The notes below the pieces were generated by a model that saw nothing but the letters and a program-made list of their open reading frames with translations, was not told the origin of the DNA and did not search any database. This document shows, in pieces, positions 1 to 9,689 of a stretch of 64,000 bases of DNA. The stretch is from a virus: positions 5,616-69,615 of the IMG/VR virus record IMGVR_UViG_3300035696_000038. One strand, 5' to 3'. Both the position numbers and the translations under genes were made by a program. Numbering within the stretch: the first letter of the stretch is position 1; each line of letters opens with the position of its first letter.

Positions 1-360
1 CACTGGCTGCGAAAACCACGTGAGCCGGCTGGCATCCCAAATGGTCAAAATAATGCCTTTTTCGTTCCCGGCGAAGTCGGCCCACACCTGCGGCAGCGAG
101 GGAAGAACCCAGTCCTCTACCCCCGCAACGGCATACTGCCGAGAGGCGAAGGCATACTGCGGAAAGACGAAACGGCGCGCGCCCGCGCCGCCGTAACCAA
201 AGGTGGCGACGCGAAATATTTCGCCGAGATGCTGGTGGATGCCGGTGGCCAGATCGGCGGCGATACGCCCCAAACCCGTCTGCGCCGAGGGCGCGTCACT
301 GAGAATCAACAACGGCCGCGGTGGTTTTACCCCTGCTTTCTCTTCCAACGGTATCCTCCT

Positions 361-705
361 TTAGAGCGGCTTTAACTCGCGCGTCTTCAACCCTTTGCGG
401 TTGTACTCGAAAAGCCGGAAGACGAAATACGGAAACATCTCAGCCGCCACTTTGACTTTGACGTAGGCGTCGTCTGTGGTGAAACCGCCCTTGACCTCGT
501 GAAATTCGATGGCGCCATCGGCCATCAGGACAAGAAAGTCGGGCTCATACGTGGTGTCGGGCGCGAGCTTGAACCGCAATGGCTGCCAGCGGTAGTCCTG
601 AATTTCGCCGGCGCGCTTGCGCATCTCAAGATCGAGGGCGTGAGCGCTCTCGGTCTTGTTCATCTGTGTGCGGTTGCGCCCCAATGCGATAAAATCCCGT
701 CTCAT
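361..705 (-). CDS. PD-(D/E)xK endonuclease, DUF1064-like phage protein
   Basis: Contains TYEPDFLV...IEFHEVKG, a PD...ExK motif. Start moved to ATG at 705 (MRRDFIALG). Confidence 0.7.
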   Translation of the reverse strand: MRRDFIALGRNRTQMNKTESAHALDLEMRKRAGEIQDYRWQPLRFKLAPDTTYEPDFLVLMADGAIEFHEVKGGFTTDDAYVKVKVAAEMFPYFVFRLFEYNRKGLKTRELKPL

Positions 706-715
706 GCCTTTTGAA

Positions 716-732
716 AGTCCAGACTCTGGACT
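716..732. promoter_or_regulatory. Perfect palindrome AGTCCAGACTCTGGACT (copy 1 of a dispersed operator/parS-like site)
   Basis: The same core GTCCAGA(C/G)TCTGGAC recurs at 3377, 12838, 28071, 42729, 58783 and 62620 (last has one mismatch). Confidence 0.6.
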
Positions 733-872
733 CGCCTGCCAATCTCGGACAGACGCAGTATCGGTGAAAGGCGGTTTGCGCGCAACGGTTGTTTTGAAGG
801 TGCATTGCGGGCCAAACAAACCTACAATGGACGCCAGGAACGTAAGCCGCCTGGAGAGCAAGGGAGCCCACT

Positions 873-1187
873 ATGGCAACGCCCGAGAGAAGACAGGACT
901 ATCCCGTGCTGGAATACAAGCTCAATGCCCTGGGCGAGAGCGTGAAGGAACTGTCTTCAACCGTGGAGAAAAAGTTCGAGGAGGTGACCGAGCGCCTTGA
1001 AACCGTGCAGGGCGACCAGCAAACCAACTCGACCCTGCTGAGGCTGGTGGTGGGCAACGGAGAACCGGGCGCCGGACGGCTGGGACAAGCCGAGAAAGCG
1101 ATTGACGCCCTGAAACGCTACTGGTGGCAGTTTGCCGGCGGCGTTGCCGTGATCCTCTACGTCCTGGACCTGCTTTTTAAGAAATAA
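873..1187 (+). CDS. Small coiled-coil protein with C-terminal transmembrane helix (holin/XhlA-like architecture)
   Basis: GGAG upstream; coiled-coil N-terminus followed by WWQFAGGVAVILYVLDLLF. Confidence 0.55.
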   Translation: MATPERRQDYPVLEYKLNALGESVKELSSTVEKKFEEVTERLETVQGDQQTNSTLLRLVVGNGEPGAGRLGQAEKAIDALKRYWWQFAGGVAVILYVLDLLFKK

Positions 1188-1398
1188 CTTGCGCTTCTGG
1201 CGCAAAAAAGGATAGAGTGATGTTGCTCTGATTGACCACCAGAGTTGCTCACGGCAGCTTCTCGGCCCTGGGCAGGAACGGTTGGCAAACTCCCCGTCTG
1301 CGGGCAAAGCCCTTGAAATGACAATCAAGGGCTTTGTTTTTTAGAGCAGGCGCAAACCAGCCGGTGAGAAAAACGGCAAGCAATGAAAGCGGAGGCAA

Positions 1399-1947
1399 GT
1401 GCGAATCAAGCACAGACCGTTCAACGAGCAAGTGCTGCGCAGGCTGAAGGCGAAGCGCGATGCCAGGAGAATGTTGATATTCAGGATCGTGTGGCTCCTC
1501 GCGCTGCTGTTCATGGCTTCAACCTCTGCCTATTTCCGCTACCAAATACGTCACCCTGTTTCGCTGTTCAGAGGAAGCGTGGCCAACAGCGCGCCGCAGC
1601 AGTGGGATATTTCAAAAAACGAAGACGGAATTCCCGCGCGCCTGAACATAAACGGCGAAAGTTGGTATGTGGTGCGAGTGAAGAACTTCAGCGACTCGGA
1701 GTTGGCGGCACAGCAGTCATGCCAGGCCAGAGTGATCTGGTATCTGCCCAGCGACGCACCCTCAGAGCTACGAAACACCATTGTGCATGAGATTTTCCAT
1801 GCGGGGGCTTGTCTGCATGGCGGCGATACGTGGTGGAACAGCATCAACCCAAACCAGAAAACCCATGAAGGCGTCTACCATCTTGCGGATTTTTGGACCG
1901 GATTTGCCCGCGCCAACCCGGAATTCATGGAGTGGTTGGCGAAGTAG
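1399..1947 (+). CDS. Membrane-anchored protein with HExxH motif (putative metallopeptidase)
   Basis: GGAGG RBS before GTG; N-terminal TM helix; TIVHEIFHA. Confidence 0.55.
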   Translation: MRIKHRPFNEQVLRRLKAKRDARRMLIFRIVWLLALLFMASTSAYFRYQIRHPVSLFRGSVANSAPQQWDISKNEDGIPARLNINGESWYVVRVKNFSDSELAAQQSCQARVIWYLPSDAPSELRNTIVHEIFHAGACLHGGDTWWNSINPNQKTHEGVYHLADFWTGFARANPEFMEWLAK

Positions 1948-1986
1948 CGAACAGCGCACAACGACCCCTGGAGGATTCAACACCTA

Positions 1987-3078
1987 ATGAACGTTGCCAC
2001 GCGTGAAACCAATGGCGGTTGCGAATTGCTTGGCGCTGTTGAGCGCCAAAAAGCCGAGAGACAGCGGATATTCTCGCTGGACGGACTGCGCGCCATATCG
2101 ATTATTCTGGTCCTCTTGGGACACCTGGGCGGGACGCGCGGATTCAGCAAGGTGGATCTGCTTATTGGCGATTATGCGCACTTGGGCGTCACGGTATTTT
2201 TTGTCATTTCAGGCTTTCTGATTACGACCCTGCTCATGTCTGAGCACGCAACTCGCGGTTCAGTGTCGCTGCGCTCGTTTTATGAGCGGCGCGCTTTGCG
2301 CATATTCCCCGCTTCATACGCTTACCTTGCCGTTATCGGCATCTTGGGATTTATTGGCGTTGTCAGTTTGAATGCGCGCGATTTGTGGTGTGGCGCTCTC
2401 TACGTGATGAACTACCTGCCGCAGCGGTCTTGGGTTGTTGGCCACCTGTGGTCCCTCTCGGTTGAAGAACAGTTCTACCTTCTGTGGCCGTTGGCGTTTG
2501 TGATGCTGCGCAAGAAAGGCCAAGTAAGGATTATCGCTGCCGTGATTGTGGTGTCGATTTTGGCGCGGGCCGCCAACCGCGTTGCCTTCATCGGCACGCC
2601 GCTGCACGACTTGGAGATCTTCCCCTCGGTCGCCGACAGCCTTGCGATTGGATGCCTGCTGGCGATTCTGAAAGAATGGCTCGAAAGGCAGAGATGGTAT
2701 CTCAAACTCTTGCAGCCGGGATGGTCGCTGCTTGTTCTGCTGACGGTACTGCTGCTGAACCGATGGGCAGGACGCACGGTCGACGCTGTTGTGGGCACAA
2801 CGCTGATCAATGTGGGCATTGCGGTGCTTATCCACCGCTGCGTGTCTTTCCCGAATGACGCTGTTGGAACCATCTTGAATTGGCGGCCTTTGGCGGCGCT
2901 TGGAGTGCTGTCGTACTCGCTGTATCTGTGGCAGCAGTTGTTCCTGAATAGATGGTCTACCGCATGGGTCAATGCCTTTCCTCAAAATCTGCTTTTTGCG
3001 CTGGCTGCCGCGTTGTGTTCGTATTTTTTGCTGGAGAAGCCGTTGATGGGTCTAAGAAAGCGCTTGGCCCGGACATAG
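1987..3078 (+). CDS. Acyltransferase family 3 (OafA-like membrane O-acetyltransferase)
   Basis: Motifs SLDGLRAISI, GVTVFFVISGFLIT, FYERRALRIFP, HLWSLSVEEQFYLLWP and SYSLYLWQ; many TM helices. Confidence 0.92.
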   Translation: MNVATRETNGGCELLGAVERQKAERQRIFSLDGLRAISIILVLLGHLGGTRGFSKVDLLIGDYAHLGVTVFFVISGFLITTLLMSEHATRGSVSLRSFYERRALRIFPASYAYLAVIGILGFIGVVSLNARDLWCGALYVMNYLPQRSWVVGHLWSLSVEEQFYLLWPLAFVMLRKKGQVRIIAAVIVVSILARAANRVAFIGTPLHDLEIFPSVADSLAIGCLLAILKEWLERQRWYLKLLQPGWSLLVLLTVLLLNRWAGRTVDAVVGTTLINVGIAVLIHRCVSFPNDAVGTILNWRPLAALGVLSYSLYLWQQLFLNRWSTAWVNAFPQNLLFALAAALCSYFLLEKPLMGLRKRLART

Positions 3079-3091
3079 CGACGCCAGGCGG

Positions 3092-3733
3092 TCAACTGTT
3101 CCAAACCCAAACGCGGTCCAAGCTGGGAAACATAGCCCGGCTGCGCAGGAATGGCAAGACGTGCTCCTGATGCGGCAGGGCCATGATCTTCTTGGCTCCA
3201 TGGACCTTGATGTTACCGATGAGAATGTAGGTCGAGCCGCCGGCGACGATCTGGTCTTCTTTGATGCCCCAGGGGTTGCCGCCGGTGGGCGGTGGCGGTA
3301 GATTGGGGTCGATCCACTCTGTGACCCAGGAGGCGATGACCACCTCGGGCCGATAGGTGGCTACGGCGTCGATGGCGTCCAGACTCTGGACGAAGCCTGG
3401 ATACCGGATGACCGGCTGGCCCATCAAGCGATAGTTGACCTGAATCTCTGGCCATTCCTGCATCCGGTTGTCAGTTGCGGGGATGCCGAGATGGTGAGCG
3501 AGATCGCCAGAGCCGGAACCGATCTCAATGACGGTACGGCCCGCGATCTGCTCCCGGAGCCAATTCACCAACTCCACGGTGGGCAACCCGTAACGCGCAT
3601 GCTTATGGCAGAAAAGGCGCAAGGCATCGCGGGCGATGGCATCATAGGCCGAAGCGGAAAGAAGTCTGAGCAAACCGTCGCCATCGAGCAGATCGGGCAG
3701 GGGCGGATTGGCGCGCAGGATGGAGAATTGCAT
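3092..3733 (-). CDS. Putative SAM-dependent methyltransferase-fold protein
   Basis: VIEIGSGSGDLA glycine-rich motif I. Confidence 0.55.
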   Translation of the reverse strand: MQFSILRANPPLPDLLDGDGLLRLLSASAYDAIARDALRLFCHKHARYGLPTVELVNWLREQIAGRTVIEIGSGSGDLAHHLGIPATDNRMQEWPEIQVNYRLMGQPVIRYPGFVQSLDAIDAVATYRPEVVIASWVTEWIDPNLPPPPTGGNPWGIKEDQIVAGGSTYILIGNIKVHGAKKIMALPHQEHVLPFLRSRAMFPSLDRVWVWNS

Positions 3734-3797
3734 GGTAGGATAATCGCACCCAAGCCGCGATGCGCGCAAATAAACCACGGAGAGTGAGCCAGAAGAG

Positions 3798-4028
3798 ATG
3801 CCGAGTCCAGAAACCTTTACGTTGCGACGGGAAGAGAATGGCTTTGCCTGCGCGATCGACTGCCGGGGCGTAACCGTACTGCATCTGCAGCCCGGAACCG
3901 AACGCAACGAACTGAGCGCAAGCGCCGGCCTGATTGAATTTATGCTCGAAGCGCTGAACGCGATGGAACCGGAGCGAATTGAGAAGATACTGCAGGCGGT
4001 GGACGCTTACCGGTTCATCGATAGCTGA
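3798..4028 (+). CDS. Hypothetical protein directly upstream of satellite CRISPR array A
   Basis: 76 aa ORF with plausible composition. Confidence 0.5.
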   Translation: MPSPETFTLRREENGFACAIDCRGVTVLHLQPGTERNELSASAGLIEFMLEALNAMEPERIEKILQAVDAYRFIDS

Positions 4029-4044
4029 TGAGACCAAATCTGTG

Positions 4045-4268
4045 CACGACGAGAGGTTTGAGTGCGCCCATCGGGCGCAACTTGGGTTGCTAGGCTTTTG
4101 CTTTGAAAAGATGTTGTCGTGACGAGTTTCGAGTGCATCGCGGAGATGCAACTGTGTGGTATCGCACGTACGCAACTATAAGTGGAAGTCGCAACGGGAT
4201 TCGAGTGCGCCCATCGGGCGCAACACTGAGGCTGAGGCTTTCGAGTTGACCGAAAGCAGCCGCAACGG
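4045..4268 (+). CRISPR. Satellite CRISPR mini-array A (3 divergent 37-bp repeats plus a 5'-half repeat, 3 spacers)
   Basis: Repeats at 4045-4081, 4116-4152 and 4188-4224 end in GAGTGCGCCCATCGGGCGCAAC or GAGTGCATCGCGGAGATGCAAC. Spacers are 34-35 bp. Remnant GCCGCAACGG at 4259. Confidence 0.85.
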
Positions 4269-4323
4269 CTCCCAAACACGCTGTTGGCGGCGTAGCCGTA
4301 GGTGGTTAAGGTAGGGAATCGCG

Positions 4324-5010
4324 ATGGTGATCAAGTCCCCATTCAAGGACTACTACGACTTTGTCGCCCACCAATATGGCGGGGGCGACCCCGCGATTGT
4401 CTACGTCAGAAACCGCCTGGCGCCGATGGAGCAGGACCGCCTTGGCGGCTTGCGGCAAACTTCGCGGGAAGTGACGGTTCCTGGGGATTGCCCGCTACCG
4501 GCGTCGATCTGGTGGCGACCGACAGAAGGCACTAGCGAGATGTTTTTGTCAGCTGTGGGCAGGGGCTATTTGCTGCGCAAAAAGAGCGACTTGAACGACG
4601 ACGATCCGAACACTTACGCCGTGATTGCGCCGGCGGAGATCGATCGCGAAGAGCAGAAACGTGGCTACTACGGGAAAAGGTACCGGAGATTCGAGTTTGG
4701 CAAGGAATCGGCTTTCCTGGTTGAACTGTCGCGGACCATCGGGGCACCCGTTTTTGCCATCCAAAGCATTTTGTATCTTCACCGACCGGATACCTGCGTC
4801 TTGCGCATTCCGGGCCCGTGCCCGGTGCTGCGGGAGATCGGAATGCCAGCGCTGATTTCACCCCGGCAGATGTACCAGGACTTGGCCTACTTTTTGGGCA
4901 ATACCATGAAGCCGCACCCGGACACCGAACCGCCCGTCGAAGTGAGCAACCGGCAAAAAATTGTGAAGGCGGGATTCGACTTGAAACAGTCTTTCCGCCA
5001 CCGGCTATAA
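4324..5010 (+). CDS. Hypothetical phage protein
   Basis: 228 aa ORF (IKSPFKDYYD...KIVKAGFDLKQSFR). Confidence 0.7.
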   Translation: MVIKSPFKDYYDFVAHQYGGGDPAIVYVRNRLAPMEQDRLGGLRQTSREVTVPGDCPLPASIWWRPTEGTSEMFLSAVGRGYLLRKKSDLNDDDPNTYAVIAPAEIDREEQKRGYYGKRYRRFEFGKESAFLVELSRTIGAPVFAIQSILYLHRPDTCVLRIPGPCPVLREIGMPALISPRQMYQDLAYFLGNTMKPHPDTEPPVEVSNRQKIVKAGFDLKQSFRHRL

Positions 5011-5029
5011 TTGCGCGCATGGAGGAACT

Positions 5030-5236
5030 ATGGCCCTGGGACCGGGAAAGTACGATACGCAATGCACGCAGGTTCGCGAAGAAACCCAGGCAACCGGCGT
5101 TTGCTTGCTGGTTTTTGACGGGTGTAAGGGCAGCGGCTTCTCTGTGCAGACCGAAAACCTGTGCTCGCTGGCCATGCTGCCCCAGATTCTGCGCGATGCC
5201 GCCGACCAGATTGAAAGCTCGGGCGGGACGGCTTGA
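5030..5236 (+). CDS. Hypothetical protein
   Basis: TATAAT at 5006 and GGAGG RBS upstream. Confidence 0.65.
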   Translation: MALGPGKYDTQCTQVREETQATGVCLLVFDGCKGSGFSVQTENLCSLAMLPQILRDAADQIESSGGTA

Positions 5237-5277
5237 CGAAGCCCGCAACAGTGTTATACTGCGCGCGGAGATGAGCG

Positions 5278-5967
5278 ATGCGCGATGAACTGACACAAAT
5301 TGCATTGATCCTGGACAGGTCGGGCTCAATGGGCTCGATTGCAGGCGCGACCGTGGAAGGCGTAAACGCCTTTGTGGCCGAACAGCAAAAGGCTCCTGGC
5401 GAGGCGCTGCTTTACTTCGTACAGTTCGATGACGTGTATGAGCGCGTCTACGATGGCAGCATACAGAACGCGCCCCTGCTGACGCTTGCCAAGACCCTGA
5501 ACGTGCGCGAGCACCGCTTCCAGCCGCGCGGATGGACGGCGCTGCTGGACGCCATTGGCACAACCCTCGACGACGTAGGCAAACGCTTGGGCGAGATGCC
5601 GGAAGCCGAACGGCCGGGCAAGGTAGTAGTGGTGATCATGACCGACGGCATGGAGAACAAAAGCAAGAAATTTACCCGTGACCGGATTGCCGAGATGATT
5701 GCCCTGCAGCGCGACGTGTACAAGTGGCAATTCCAATTCCTGGGCGCCAATCAGGACGCGATTCAGGAAGCGGCGAAGTACAACATTCCTGCGGCCAATG
5801 CCGTGAGCTTTGCCAGCACGGCCACCGGCACAGGGAACGTGATACGGGCTATGTCGATCAATTTAACCAACTATCGCGTGAGCGGCCAAGCGCGGGCGAT
5901 GAGCTATAGCCCCGAAGATCGCGCCAAAGCCATGGCCGAGGACCGGCCAGCGCCCGGAAAGCATTAA
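5278..5967 (+). CDS. von Willebrand factor A domain protein
   Basis: MIDAS motifs ILDRSGSM, TALLDAIG and IMTDGMEN; TTGACG-N16-TATACT promoter upstream. Confidence 0.88.
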   Translation: MRDELTQIALILDRSGSMGSIAGATVEGVNAFVAEQQKAPGEALLYFVQFDDVYERVYDGSIQNAPLLTLAKTLNVREHRFQPRGWTALLDAIGTTLDDVGKRLGEMPEAERPGKVVVVIMTDGMENKSKKFTRDRIAEMIALQRDVYKWQFQFLGANQDAIQEAAKYNIPAANAVSFASTATGTGNVIRAMSINLTNYRVSGQARAMSYSPEDRAKAMAEDRPAPGKH

Positions 5968-6058
5968 CGAACCGCCGCACGCCAACTTTTTGAATGGGCC
6001 CTAAGCATAATGCCGCTCGATCTTTTCGGCTCGGGCGGCATGGGTTTTTGGAGGAGCA

Positions 6059-6391
6059 ATGGACCTTTGCGATTTTTGCAGCTCCCCGGCGGTGATAAAA
6101 CGTTTTGAGTGCCGGGACTTTGATAGCGCATCGAAGGACGCGGGCGTGATTTACCCGGAAACCGCGGCCGCTACCGGGCCGACCAACCTGGTATTTGCCA
6201 GCAAGGGCTATTGGGCCGCCTGCGCGCCTTGCGCGGCGCTGGTGGAAGCCGGCGACGTTGAAGGCTTGGTAAAACGCGTGCTCGATGAGTTTGAGCCGCT
6301 GCGGCATCGAGCGGAACTTGAAAGCCACCTGCGCAGAACCTACAAACTGTTCCTCGAAAACCAGATCGTCAAAGAAGAATCTGGCCTTTAA
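6059..6391 (+). CDS. Hypothetical protein with two CxxC pairs
   Basis: GGAGGAG RBS; CDFC...CAPC. Confidence 0.65.
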   Translation: MDLCDFCSSPAVIKRFECRDFDSASKDAGVIYPETAAATGPTNLVFASKGYWAACAPCAALVEAGDVEGLVKRVLDEFEPLRHRAELESHLRRTYKLFLENQIVKEESGL

Positions 6392-6469
6392 CGGCAAGCG
6401 ACCTTTGGCTGCCGCCAGGGGCCCAAAACCGGCGGCTTGAACTTGCTGCCGGACACAGGAAGGCAGGCG

Positions 6470-6865
6470 ATGAAACAACTGCTTCTGGTGGCGCTTTTTG
6501 TTGCTTTGGCGCCGTTGATGCGCGCCCAAAACAAAGGGACCGCCCCGGTGACGATGAGCGGGGCCAAGACCTTCTCTGTTTGGCTTACCTGGATCGCGCC
6601 GGCAAGTTCGCCAGACCCGGTTGCGGGCTACGCCGTCTTCCGGTCCTTGGACGGCACCCAGACTTACCAGCGGCTGAACACGCAGCCGACGACGGCGACG
6701 GCCTACACCGATTGGACACCCCAAACCAGTACGGCGTACGACTACTATGTGGTAAGCGTTGATGCCCAAGGGATAACGAGCGTACCATCGAACGTTGTGG
6801 CAGTGACGATTCCAACGCCGCCCGCAAGCGCCACAAACCTGACGGTGGCTGGAAAGGGAGCTTGA
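6470..6865 (+). CDS. Secreted fibronectin type III-like protein
   Basis: Signal peptide; LTW..P, VAGYAVFRS, YTD, YDYYVVSVD...S.PSN. Confidence 0.8.
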   Translation: MKQLLLVALFVALAPLMRAQNKGTAPVTMSGAKTFSVWLTWIAPASSPDPVAGYAVFRSLDGTQTYQRLNTQPTTATAYTDWTPQTSTAYDYYVVSVDAQGITSVPSNVVAVTIPTPPASATNLTVAGKGA

Positions 6866-7288
6866 ATGAAACCCCTGTTTGTACTACTGACCCTTGTACT
6901 GGCGTCTGTGCTTCCCGGACTGGCGCAGACCAAAGGAACCACAACCGTAACCCTTAGCGGAGCCTCACCGCAGACCGTGGTGGTAAGCTGGGCGGCACCG
7001 GTTGCTTCTGGCAGTTGGGCAGGCTGCACGACCGCCGCGCCCTGCACCTACGTGGTTTCAGTGCTTGCCGGTGCCTGCCCCTCTACCGTGGTTGGCTCCA
7101 GCGGCTGGCTGCAGTTTACGCCGGTGAGCGCGCTGACCCTGACAGACACAACGGAGACGCCCGGCGCAACTGTGTCTTATGTTGTTACGACGGTCCAGAA
7201 CGGTTTTAACGCCGCGCCATCGAATTGCGCGTCTTACACCGTCCCTTTGGACCCAAGCCCTGCCACCGGGCTGACAGTGGGTGGCTAG
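6866..7288 (+). CDS. Secreted FN3-like protein (paralog-like neighbour)
   Basis: Signal peptide; VVSWAAP...SYVVTTV...PSN. Confidence 0.7.
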   Translation: MKPLFVLLTLVLASVLPGLAQTKGTTTVTLSGASPQTVVVSWAAPVASGSWAGCTTAAPCTYVVSVLAGACPSTVVGSSGWLQFTPVSALTLTDTTETPGATVSYVVTTVQNGFNAAPSNCASYTVPLDPSPATGLTVGG

Positions 7289-7327
7289 CCAAGTTGTGGT
7301 GCTGGCTGAAACGGGTGTTTTGAGAAA

Positions 7328-7399
7328 CAGTTTTCAGTTCTTAGTTCGTAGTTCACAGTTGCAAAGGTCGGGGACTAAGAACTGTGAACTACGAACTAG
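7328..7399. repeat. Inverted heptamer tandem repeats (CAGTTNN / NNAACTG)
   Basis: CAGTTTT CAGTTCT TAGTTCG TAGTTCA CAGTT, followed by the mirror ACTAAGA ACTGTGA ACTACGA ACTA. Confidence 0.75.
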
Positions 7400-7416
7400 C
7401 CTTTATAATTGCGCCC

Positions 7417-7926
7417 ATGCCGATCTTGATTGCATACGACGCTTGGTTCGAAGGGCGCATCGAGGCGCTGTTGCGATGGCTGGATAACTGGCTCTCGATC
7501 AGCCAAAAATGGGCCGAACGCGGCATGATCGCGATTTACGTTGTCTTGTATCTTTGCGACGAGACAGAAGCTCTGGCATTGATCGCGTTGCGGCTCTCGA
7601 TAGCCTTCTTTTTGGCAATGATCATGTGGCATTTGCACCGGAGCCCGGCGGCAATGCGCGGACGGCGCAAACGCGTTCCGTTTTATCCTCTTATCCGAGT
7701 CGGCTTTCAATTGCTTATGTGCGGAAGCGGAGCTTTAGCGTCCCAAACGGCGAAAAGCCAGCGAGAAACCATCTCGCTGATGGCGATGCAGATTGTCTAC
7801 ATCGTCTTCTTCTATGCAACAGACATTGCCTTCGATGGCGAAAGCGGCCGTAAACGGAAGCTTGCGTGGGAGAAGATTCATAGTTCTCAGCTCCCGGGCT
7901 TTGCAACTGAGAACTATGAACTGTGA
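7417..7926 (+). CDS. Membrane protein, probably leaderless
   Basis: TATAAT-TGCGCCC-ATG at 7404-7419; four hydrophobic segments. Confidence 0.6.
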   Translation: MPILIAYDAWFEGRIEALLRWLDNWLSISQKWAERGMIAIYVVLYLCDETEALALIALRLSIAFFLAMIMWHLHRSPAAMRGRRKRVPFYPLIRVGFQLLMCGSGALASQTAKSQRETISLMAMQIVYIVFFYATDIAFDGESGRKRKLAWEKIHSSQLPGFATENYEL

Positions 7927-7991
7927 ACTGAAAACTGTTCCAAGGAACTATTTGGCGCAACGTGGATTCCGAAACCGATCGAAGTGCCGCA

Positions 7992-8348
7992 ATGAGCGAT
8001 GAAGACAAAACGATAAGCCGCCGCCCACCCGACTTTCTGGTATGCGGCGAGGCGCCTGTCTTGAACTCGCGGGAGGCGCAATGCTGCCGGTGCCAGGGCA
8101 AAATCTGGGTTACGGCAGGGAGCCTGGAACTGGCCATGCGGCAAAAGATCGCGCTAATCTGCTTGACCTGCTATAGCAAGGTTCCGGTCAGTTACTTTGC
8201 CGGATTTATGCACCACGGCACCATGCTCGACCCGGTGACGAGCGAAAAGATGCTCGTTGAAGTGCTTCAGCGTCTTGCCGCCGATGCGGAAGGCAACCGC
8301 CGTGCCCAGCCGCCGTTTTCCCCCCAGGCTCCGGGAGCAAAAAGCTGA
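7992..8348 (+). CDS. Hypothetical Zn-binding protein
   Basis: CCRC...CLTC. Confidence 0.5.
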   Translation: MSDEDKTISRRPPDFLVCGEAPVLNSREAQCCRCQGKIWVTAGSLELAMRQKIALICLTCYSKVPVSYFAGFMHHGTMLDPVTSEKMLVEVLQRLAADAEGNRRAQPPFSPQAPGAKS

Positions 8349-8371
8349 CCCGCGGCGTTATAATTGCGCGC

Positions 8372-8845
8372 ATGGGTGGAGATATCTTGCCAATCACGCG
8401 GGACAATTTGGGACGATTCACAGGTGGCTCTTATTGGCAAGAACACAAGGGTGACACTCGCCTGCAAGGCCCAAACCACTGGAATTGGAGTGGAGATACT
8501 GTCGGTTACTCTGCCCTTCATAAGTGGGCGAGGAAACAATTTGCTGGACCAGATTACTGTTGGCTTTGCGGCAAAACCGATTGCCGCGTTGAAATGGCGT
8601 GCATCAATAAGGTCTACACGCGCTCAGGATCAACTTGGGCAAAACTTTGTGTCCGGTGCCACCACATTATCGATGGCCACCCATTTTCGCCATGGAAGGT
8701 TGAGACCCGAAGAAAAGAGGTTTATCGGTTGATTGCCGCAGGGAACACGACTAGCCAGATTGCAAAAAAGTTGGGCGTGAGCAAACGCACAATCCTTCGT
8801 GACGTTGTGGTGGTTCGGTCAAGTCATGGCGCGAGCGAAGATTAG
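8372..8845 (+). CDS. HNH-like endonuclease with C-terminal HTH, leaderless
   Basis: YSALHKW, CWLC, LCVRCHH; HTH TSQIAKKLGVSKRTILR; TATAAT-N7-ATG upstream. Confidence 0.7.
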   Translation: MGGDILPITRDNLGRFTGGSYWQEHKGDTRLQGPNHWNWSGDTVGYSALHKWARKQFAGPDYCWLCGKTDCRVEMACINKVYTRSGSTWAKLCVRCHHIIDGHPFSPWKVETRRKEVYRLIAAGNTTSQIAKKLGVSKRTILRDVVVVRSSHGASED

Positions 8846-8909
8846 AAAAAACGTTTTCTTGCTGAAATTCCACAAGCAAGTCAACCAACTTGGTCGCAAC
8901 GAGGTGAAG

Positions 8910-9332
8910 ATGAACCGCAGAGGCTTTGCAAAACAGGTTTTGGGAATTGCGGCCATGGGAGCCGCCCTGCCCAAGGTGGTGTGGGAACAGCCGCTGGAAG
9001 ATGCCAGCAATCGCAGCTATGAATCGGCGACTCTTTCGGTGCGCCTGCTGGAAGAGGAACCCGGTAGAACGTCGGTGTATCTGACCGAACATGGAGACGC
9101 TGATTACGCCATCGTGGATGCGTTTTACTGGAGCACGTTTGAAGACCAACGTCTTTTGCTCCACAAAGAGACGACTGCTCCACTGGTCAAAGGAGCCATC
9201 GTGGGGGCCGATCTCCCGATGACAGTGGCCAGCATCGTCTTTCTCCGGGTCTATGAGTTGAAACTGCTCAGCCAATCTGAATTTGGCAAGGTGCCCGGCA
9301 CGGCACCAGTGAAAACACAGCCTGCGCCTTAA
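8910..9332 (+). CDS. Hypothetical protein with twin-arginine-like signal
   Basis: GAGGTG RBS; MNRRGFAKQVLGIAAMGAA. Confidence 0.55.
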   Translation: MNRRGFAKQVLGIAAMGAALPKVVWEQPLEDASNRSYESATLSVRLLEEEPGRTSVYLTEHGDADYAIVDAFYWSTFEDQRLLLHKETTAPLVKGAIVGADLPMTVASIVFLRVYELKLLSQSEFGKVPGTAPVKTQPAP

Positions 9333-9342
9333 ATTTCGCTTG

Positions 9343-9370
9343 TAGACTGCTTCAAAAATGGGTGTATACT
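9343..9370 (+). promoter_or_regulatory. Candidate sigma70 promoter of the tRNA-like RNA / Ro operon
   Basis: TAGACT-N16-TATACT. Confidence 0.45.
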
Positions 9371-9391
9371 CATTTCCGTTGCGTTTTGGGT

Positions 9392-9514
9392 TTCCCTGCT
9401 ACTTGGCGGCATACACGTAGCTCATCGGTAGAGCATCTCAATTGAAATGAGAGGGTAGTTGGTTCGAATCCAACCCTGATCCCGAAAGGGATTTGCCACC
9501 AGACTTGCAGGGAA
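9392..9514 (+). ncRNA. tRNA-like RNA unit 1 (D, anticodon and T arms; acceptor stem extended into the UACU/GACUU motif)
   Basis: D arm TAGCTCATCGGTAGAGCA; TCTCA-ATTGAAA-TGAGA; GTTGG-TTCGAAT-CCAAC; extra GAAA hairpin; closing stem TTCCCTGC/GCAGGGAA. Confidence 0.75.
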
Positions 9515-9522
9515 CAAACTTA

Positions 9523-9641
9523 GCCGGGTTAGCAAAGCGGAAATGGACGAGACTTTTGGGCGTGAGCCCGATACTTCGGTCATATACATGCACAGGTTCC
9601 ATAAACCTGCTACGCTGGTTCAAATCCAGCACCCGGCTCCA
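9523..9641 (+). ncRNA. tRNA-like RNA unit 2 (anticodon CAT, 3' CCA) with a ~45-nt hairpin inserted in the D-loop
   Basis: Acceptor GCCGGGT/ACCCGGC-T-CCA; CAGGT-TCCATAA-ACCTG; GCTGG-TTCAAAT-CCAGC; insert GACTT-TTGGGC-GTGA-GCCCGA-TACT. Confidence 0.8.
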
Positions 9642-9689
9642 GTTTGCGGCGCCCCGGCGATAGGTCTACCTTGCCGGGGCGCTAGAGGT

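Noticed and set aside
1969-1980. 12-nt match (TGGAGGATTCAA) between main-array spacer 1 and the RBS region of the acyltransferase gene, suggesting self-regulation
   Set aside because: The flanks do not match, and several 12-mer matches are expected by chance given ~35 spacers and 128 kb of both-strand sequence. No full-length self-target was noticed by eye; this needs a computed search.
7328-7399. Heptamer tracts as CRISPR or diversity-generating retroelement components
   Set aside because: There are no unique spacers between units, and no reverse transcriptase or TR/VR pair was seen in the window.
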